Below, piece by piece: positions 60,716 through 64,000 of a DNA stretch of 64,000 bases. A program made the translations under genes and the position numbers. Source of the stretch: a bacterium (GTDB lineage Bacteria; Fidelibacterota; Fidelibacteria; Fidelibacterales; Fidelibacteraceae). How positions within the stretch are numbered: position 1 is the first letter of the stretch; each line of letters opens with the position of its first letter. The stretch lies in contig OY781066.1 of the NCBI GenBank assembly GCA_963676395.1, forward strand, positions 672,001 to 736,000, given 5' to 3'. The notes beneath the pieces are model-generated. The model was not told the DNA's origin. It ran no database searches and saw only the letters and a program-made list of their open reading frames with translations.

Positions 60716-61624
60716 ATGGGAAATAACAAGCAGCATACACTAATCTATCTAACGGGAAAACAGTCTCGCGAAATCACTTTCAAGAGAAAACATATCGCCA
60801 TGCTTATTGGTGCAGTTTCTTTCTTGTTAGTTGTTTTGATCGCAGGATCAACCTATTTTGGTTTCCGTTATCTTGCTTCTGCCCGCTTTACTTCACCAAA
60901 AATAAAAAATCAAGCCTTACTTAATACCATCGAAGAATTACGAACAGAGCTTTCAAATACCGAAGCTTATCTCGACTCCATGGTTGAACTTAATAATCAT
61001 ATCAGACTTTATGCCGATTTACCTCAACATGATTTAAAGATTAAAAATTTAGGTGTTGGCGGTCGTACACAAATTGCAAGTGCCGAAACAAGCAGCTCCG
61101 AAATCACAGGTATCAATGCCGGCATTGCCATGTTAAGTACAAAAGTCTCGGTTGAGCTTGAAAATTATAAAAGTCTGTATGCCGACATTCAGAAATACAA
61201 AGACCGACTTGACTATATTCCGGCGATCACACCACTGAATACAAAAAAATACTGGATCAGTTCACCTTTTGGATATCGTTCGGATCCATTTACTTCAGCT
61301 AAGAAATTCCATTCCGGCATTGATTTGGCCGCAAGACGAGGCACTCCCGTTCATGCTACCGGAAAAGGTAAGGTTATCTATGCAAAAATGTCATATGGCG
61401 GTTACGGTAATTTAATTAAAATTGACCATGGCGACGGACTAATAACCAAATATGCTCATCTATATGAAATAAAAATTAAAAAAGGTGATATCGTTGAACG
61501 TGGTCAACTTATCGGTAAAGTTGGCACCACAGGTCGTTCTACAGGTCCTCACCTGCATTATGAAGTAAACGTGCATGGCAAGGCTGTAAATCCTATCAGA
61601 TATATGTGGGATGACGAAAGTTAA
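60716..61624 (+). CDS. M23 family metallopeptidase
   Basis: HSGID, YAHL and STGPHLHYEV motifs; N-terminal TM and coiled coil. Confidence 0.93.
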   Translation: MGNNKQHTLIYLTGKQSREITFKRKHIAMLIGAVSFLLVVLIAGSTYFGFRYLASARFTSPKIKNQALLNTIEELRTELSNTEAYLDSMVELNNHIRLYADLPQHDLKIKNLGVGGRTQIASAETSSSEITGINAGIAMLSTKVSVELENYKSLYADIQKYKDRLDYIPAITPLNTKKYWISSPFGYRSDPFTSAKKFHSGIDLAARRGTPVHATGKGKVIYAKMSYGGYGNLIKIDHGDGLITKYAHLYEIKIKKGDIVERGQLIGKVGTTGRSTGPHLHYEVNVHGKAVNPIRYMWDDES

Positions 61625-61649
61625 TACTTGAAAATTGAAAATAGATTTG

Positions 61650-61680
61650 AGGATCCGAAAACGGGTCCTTTTTTATATTT
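61650..61680 (+). terminator. Intrinsic terminator
   Basis: ggatccg-aaaa-cgggtcc followed by a T-run. Confidence 0.7.
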
Positions 61681-61712
61681 TATATAAATAATTGCTTGTT
61701 GATTAATCCAAA

Positions 61713-63131
61713 TTAATCTCCAAGACAATACAAGTATCCATCTCTGGAGCCGACATAGATCTTACCATCATAAACAAAAGGAGTTGATTCTACACCACCA
61801 ATATATTTTCGAGTGATCTTGCTGACTCTTCCATTTTGAGAAACTTGAAACAAGGAAACACCTGAATAAGACCCTGCAATAATCTTGTCATCTACAAAAA
61901 GCGGGGTTGAAATACTTTGTGAGATCCAATGCTTAGCCTTACGCTTTGGTTGATTATATTGATATTTCAGATTCGGGCCCCAGGTCTTTACCGTATCCAA
62001 TTCATCGTGGATCAAAACATGTAAATACCCATCAACACCCGAAACCGCAGCTAAATGTGGCATATCGGGACTTTTACATAAATCGTTGACAGATGCCGTA
62101 CCGATCACACCACCATCCCAAGTAGCGTTTTCTCTATCATCATTTCCGGTTGGATAATACCAAACAACACATGAAGAATCTGCAGGTTTTGAGGGATCTA
62201 ATTTAAATACCCCGCCATGACCTTCGATATATTGTTTTTCTACCGTAATCAAAATACAATTATCGTAAGTCACGGTCGCCGAGCCATCCATATCCGCACC
62301 GATAAAAAAGTCCCAATCAATCATCCGGGTTTTTAGATTGTAACCATATACATGACCCGAGCCCGAAGATATATATAAATGATCATCAATTCGAGATGGA
62401 GATGATTCTGTTACCAGATTATAAGCATGTTTTATTTTATCATCAGAATGAAAAAGTCTGTGTCGTTCCAGCGTTTTTGGAATAAGCTCTCCACCCCCAT
62501 CAATTTTTTCCGGATCGGGATCAAAAACCACCAATTCACCCAATTCAAGTGGTAAGTAGACCGTATCTTTAAAGATAAGTGGGGTTGCATCCACATCCGC
62601 AGAATAGGAGTGAAATGAACGTCGAATAACATGGTACAACCAACGCTCTTCAGCATTCTTGTAAGAAATAGCACGAAAAGGATAAATATTTCCGGACCAT
62701 GTTGTATTTTCAACACCGCGGCGAGATCCTTGTAATATCAGCCATTCACCGGAAGGAGCCTGCCATAATGCTCCGGTCCCCTTAATAGCATCCGGAAATT
62801 CATATTCCCAAATTATTTTACCGCTGTCGGCATCGATCTTTCGCAAATAGTGAGACAAAGAACCGTGAACCAGATAGCGCTTACCGGCTTCCTCTACCAT
62901 TAACGGCTGGCCTGTCCAACCACTGCCACGCCAAACTCGCTGCTTGGATCCAACTTTTGTTATCCCCTCCCCCAACCAGGTTTTCCAAATCACATTCAAG
63001 TCCGCAGGGGCGTTTTCACCATAATAATTACGCATATCATTGCCAAGGTAAGTAGGATTGATGAGAGTGAGCTCTTGGGCGGATAATATACCAATGAGTA
63101 TACTGAAGATAATGAAGTATTTTTTAAACAT
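61713..63131 (-). CDS. Secreted PQQ-like beta-propeller repeat protein
   Basis: DADSGKIIWEY and ESTPFVYDGKIYVGSRDGYLYCLG; start placed at MFKKY. Confidence 0.78.
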   Translation of the reverse strand: MFKKYFIIFSILIGILSAQELTLINPTYLGNDMRNYYGENAPADLNVIWKTWLGEGITKVGSKQRVWRGSGWTGQPLMVEEAGKRYLVHGSLSHYLRKIDADSGKIIWEYEFPDAIKGTGALWQAPSGEWLILQGSRRGVENTTWSGNIYPFRAISYKNAEERWLYHVIRRSFHSYSADVDATPLIFKDTVYLPLELGELVVFDPDPEKIDGGGELIPKTLERHRLFHSDDKIKHAYNLVTESSPSRIDDHLYISSGSGHVYGYNLKTRMIDWDFFIGADMDGSATVTYDNCILITVEKQYIEGHGGVFKLDPSKPADSSCVVWYYPTGNDDRENATWDGGVIGTASVNDLCKSPDMPHLAAVSGVDGYLHVLIHDELDTVKTWGPNLKYQYNQPKRKAKHWISQSISTPLFVDDKIIAGSYSGVSLFQVSQNGRVSKITRKYIGGVESTPFVYDGKIYVGSRDGYLYCLGD

Positions 63132-63265
63132 TGAGAATAATTTCCTAAAGAACAAATGCATTCCTGCGATTGTACGAACGCCTATAAAGTCGCCTATACT
63201 TCTTGACTTAATCCAAGGGTTCATCACTACAATTATTTTATTCCATGCTATCGTATAATAATATT

Positions 63266-64000
63266 TTAATACAACAACTTACTTAAAATCGCAGCTGCCG
63301 CTACCGCTGCATTCAACGATTCGGCGCCGCCGATAGAAGGGAGCGTTAGATCAATATGAGTCAATTCATCAAATTCGGGATCTACACCGCGAGCTTCATT
63401 CCCTATAACCAGCATAAAGGGAGAAATATTCTCAATATTAATTTCATCAAGCTTTATATCGCTGTGCGCCTTGCTTAAAATCAGAGTTCTTCCATTTATC
63501 ATATCGTCATTCATCGTATCTTGATATACAAATGGCATATGGAAAAACGACCCCATACTGGAGCGTACGACTTTTGGATTGTGACAATCAACCGAACCTT
63601 TAAGCAACAAAACACCGCCCATACCAAACCAATGTGCTATACGAAACAATGTGCCAACATTTCCCGGATCCTGAAGTTTATCCAAAACAAGAATATTACC
63701 TTTAAGATCACTTAACTCATAATCCTTCTGCTCGGCAATGGCAACAATACCCTGGGGATTTATCTCCGAAGAAATTTGCTTTAATTCTGATCCGCTTACC
63801 TCATAGCATAGAGTATCCGCCTCTTCTTGTAATGTGAATAGCAACTCTTTTACACCCGGTTTATTTAGAAAGAAAGGATTGTAAAATACTTCCTTGATCT
63901 TATAATCGCTTTTTATGGCTTCTTCCAAAGGGAGTAATCCTTCAATCACGATCACATGATCAATGCTACGAAATTTTTTCTTCTGATAGCTTATGGCTCT
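63266..64000 (-). CDS. TrmH/SpoU RNA methyltransferase (5' end outside window)
   Basis: QDPGNVG, GNEARG and ESLNAAVA motifs; frame open to the window edge. Confidence 0.92.
   Translation of the reverse strand, partial: RAISYQKKKFRSIDHVIVIEGLLPLEEAIKSDYKIKEVFYNPFFLNKPGVKELLFTLQEEADTLCYEVSGSELKQISSEINPQGIVAIAEQKDYELSDLKGNILVLDKLQDPGNVGTLFRIAHWFGMGGVLLLKGSVDCHNPKVVRSSMGSFFHMPFVYQDTMNDDMINGRTLILSKAHSDIKLDEINIENISPFMLVIGNEARGVDPEFDELTHIDLTLPSIGGAESLNAAVAAAAILSKLLY

Overview
Bacterial chromosome window. Gene content and a QNYPNPFNP-type C-terminal sorting domain suggest an FCB-superphylum organism, possibly Marinimicrobia-like (inference). Most of it is housekeeping: rimM/khpA/rpsP/ffh, pruA, hsp20, acyl-CoA dehydrogenase/etfAB, efp, gcvH/gcvPA, gmhA, xerD, rsgA, yitT, lptG, a CNNM/CBS protein, an M23 peptidase and trmH. 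A ~21 kb outer-membrane uptake cluster holds two divergent TonB-receptor/lipoprotein/beta-barrel triplets, an ABC module and a gingipain-like HEAT protease. A class D beta-lactamase follows, then a small AT-rich islet bounded by a duplicated pruA 3' end. The standout is 40955-~56995, a non-canonical integron-like gene-cassette array. A 279-aa IntI-like tyrosine recombinase lacking the IntI-specific insertion is followed, on the same strand, by a short hairpin primary site and AT-rich cassettes separated by ~130-bp imperfect palindromes. Each intact cassette starts GTT-N6-AAT and ends ACT-N6-AAC, with its own N6 segments complementary or nearly so, as expected for circular cassettes integrated at GTT. 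Proximal cassettes encode known or likely anti-phage proteins: Abi-alpha-like plus a membrane partner, DSR2-like SIR2, Septu, HD-HSP90 ATPase and HNH. Distal cassettes are fused and decayed. Family assignments come from motif recognition, not database searches.
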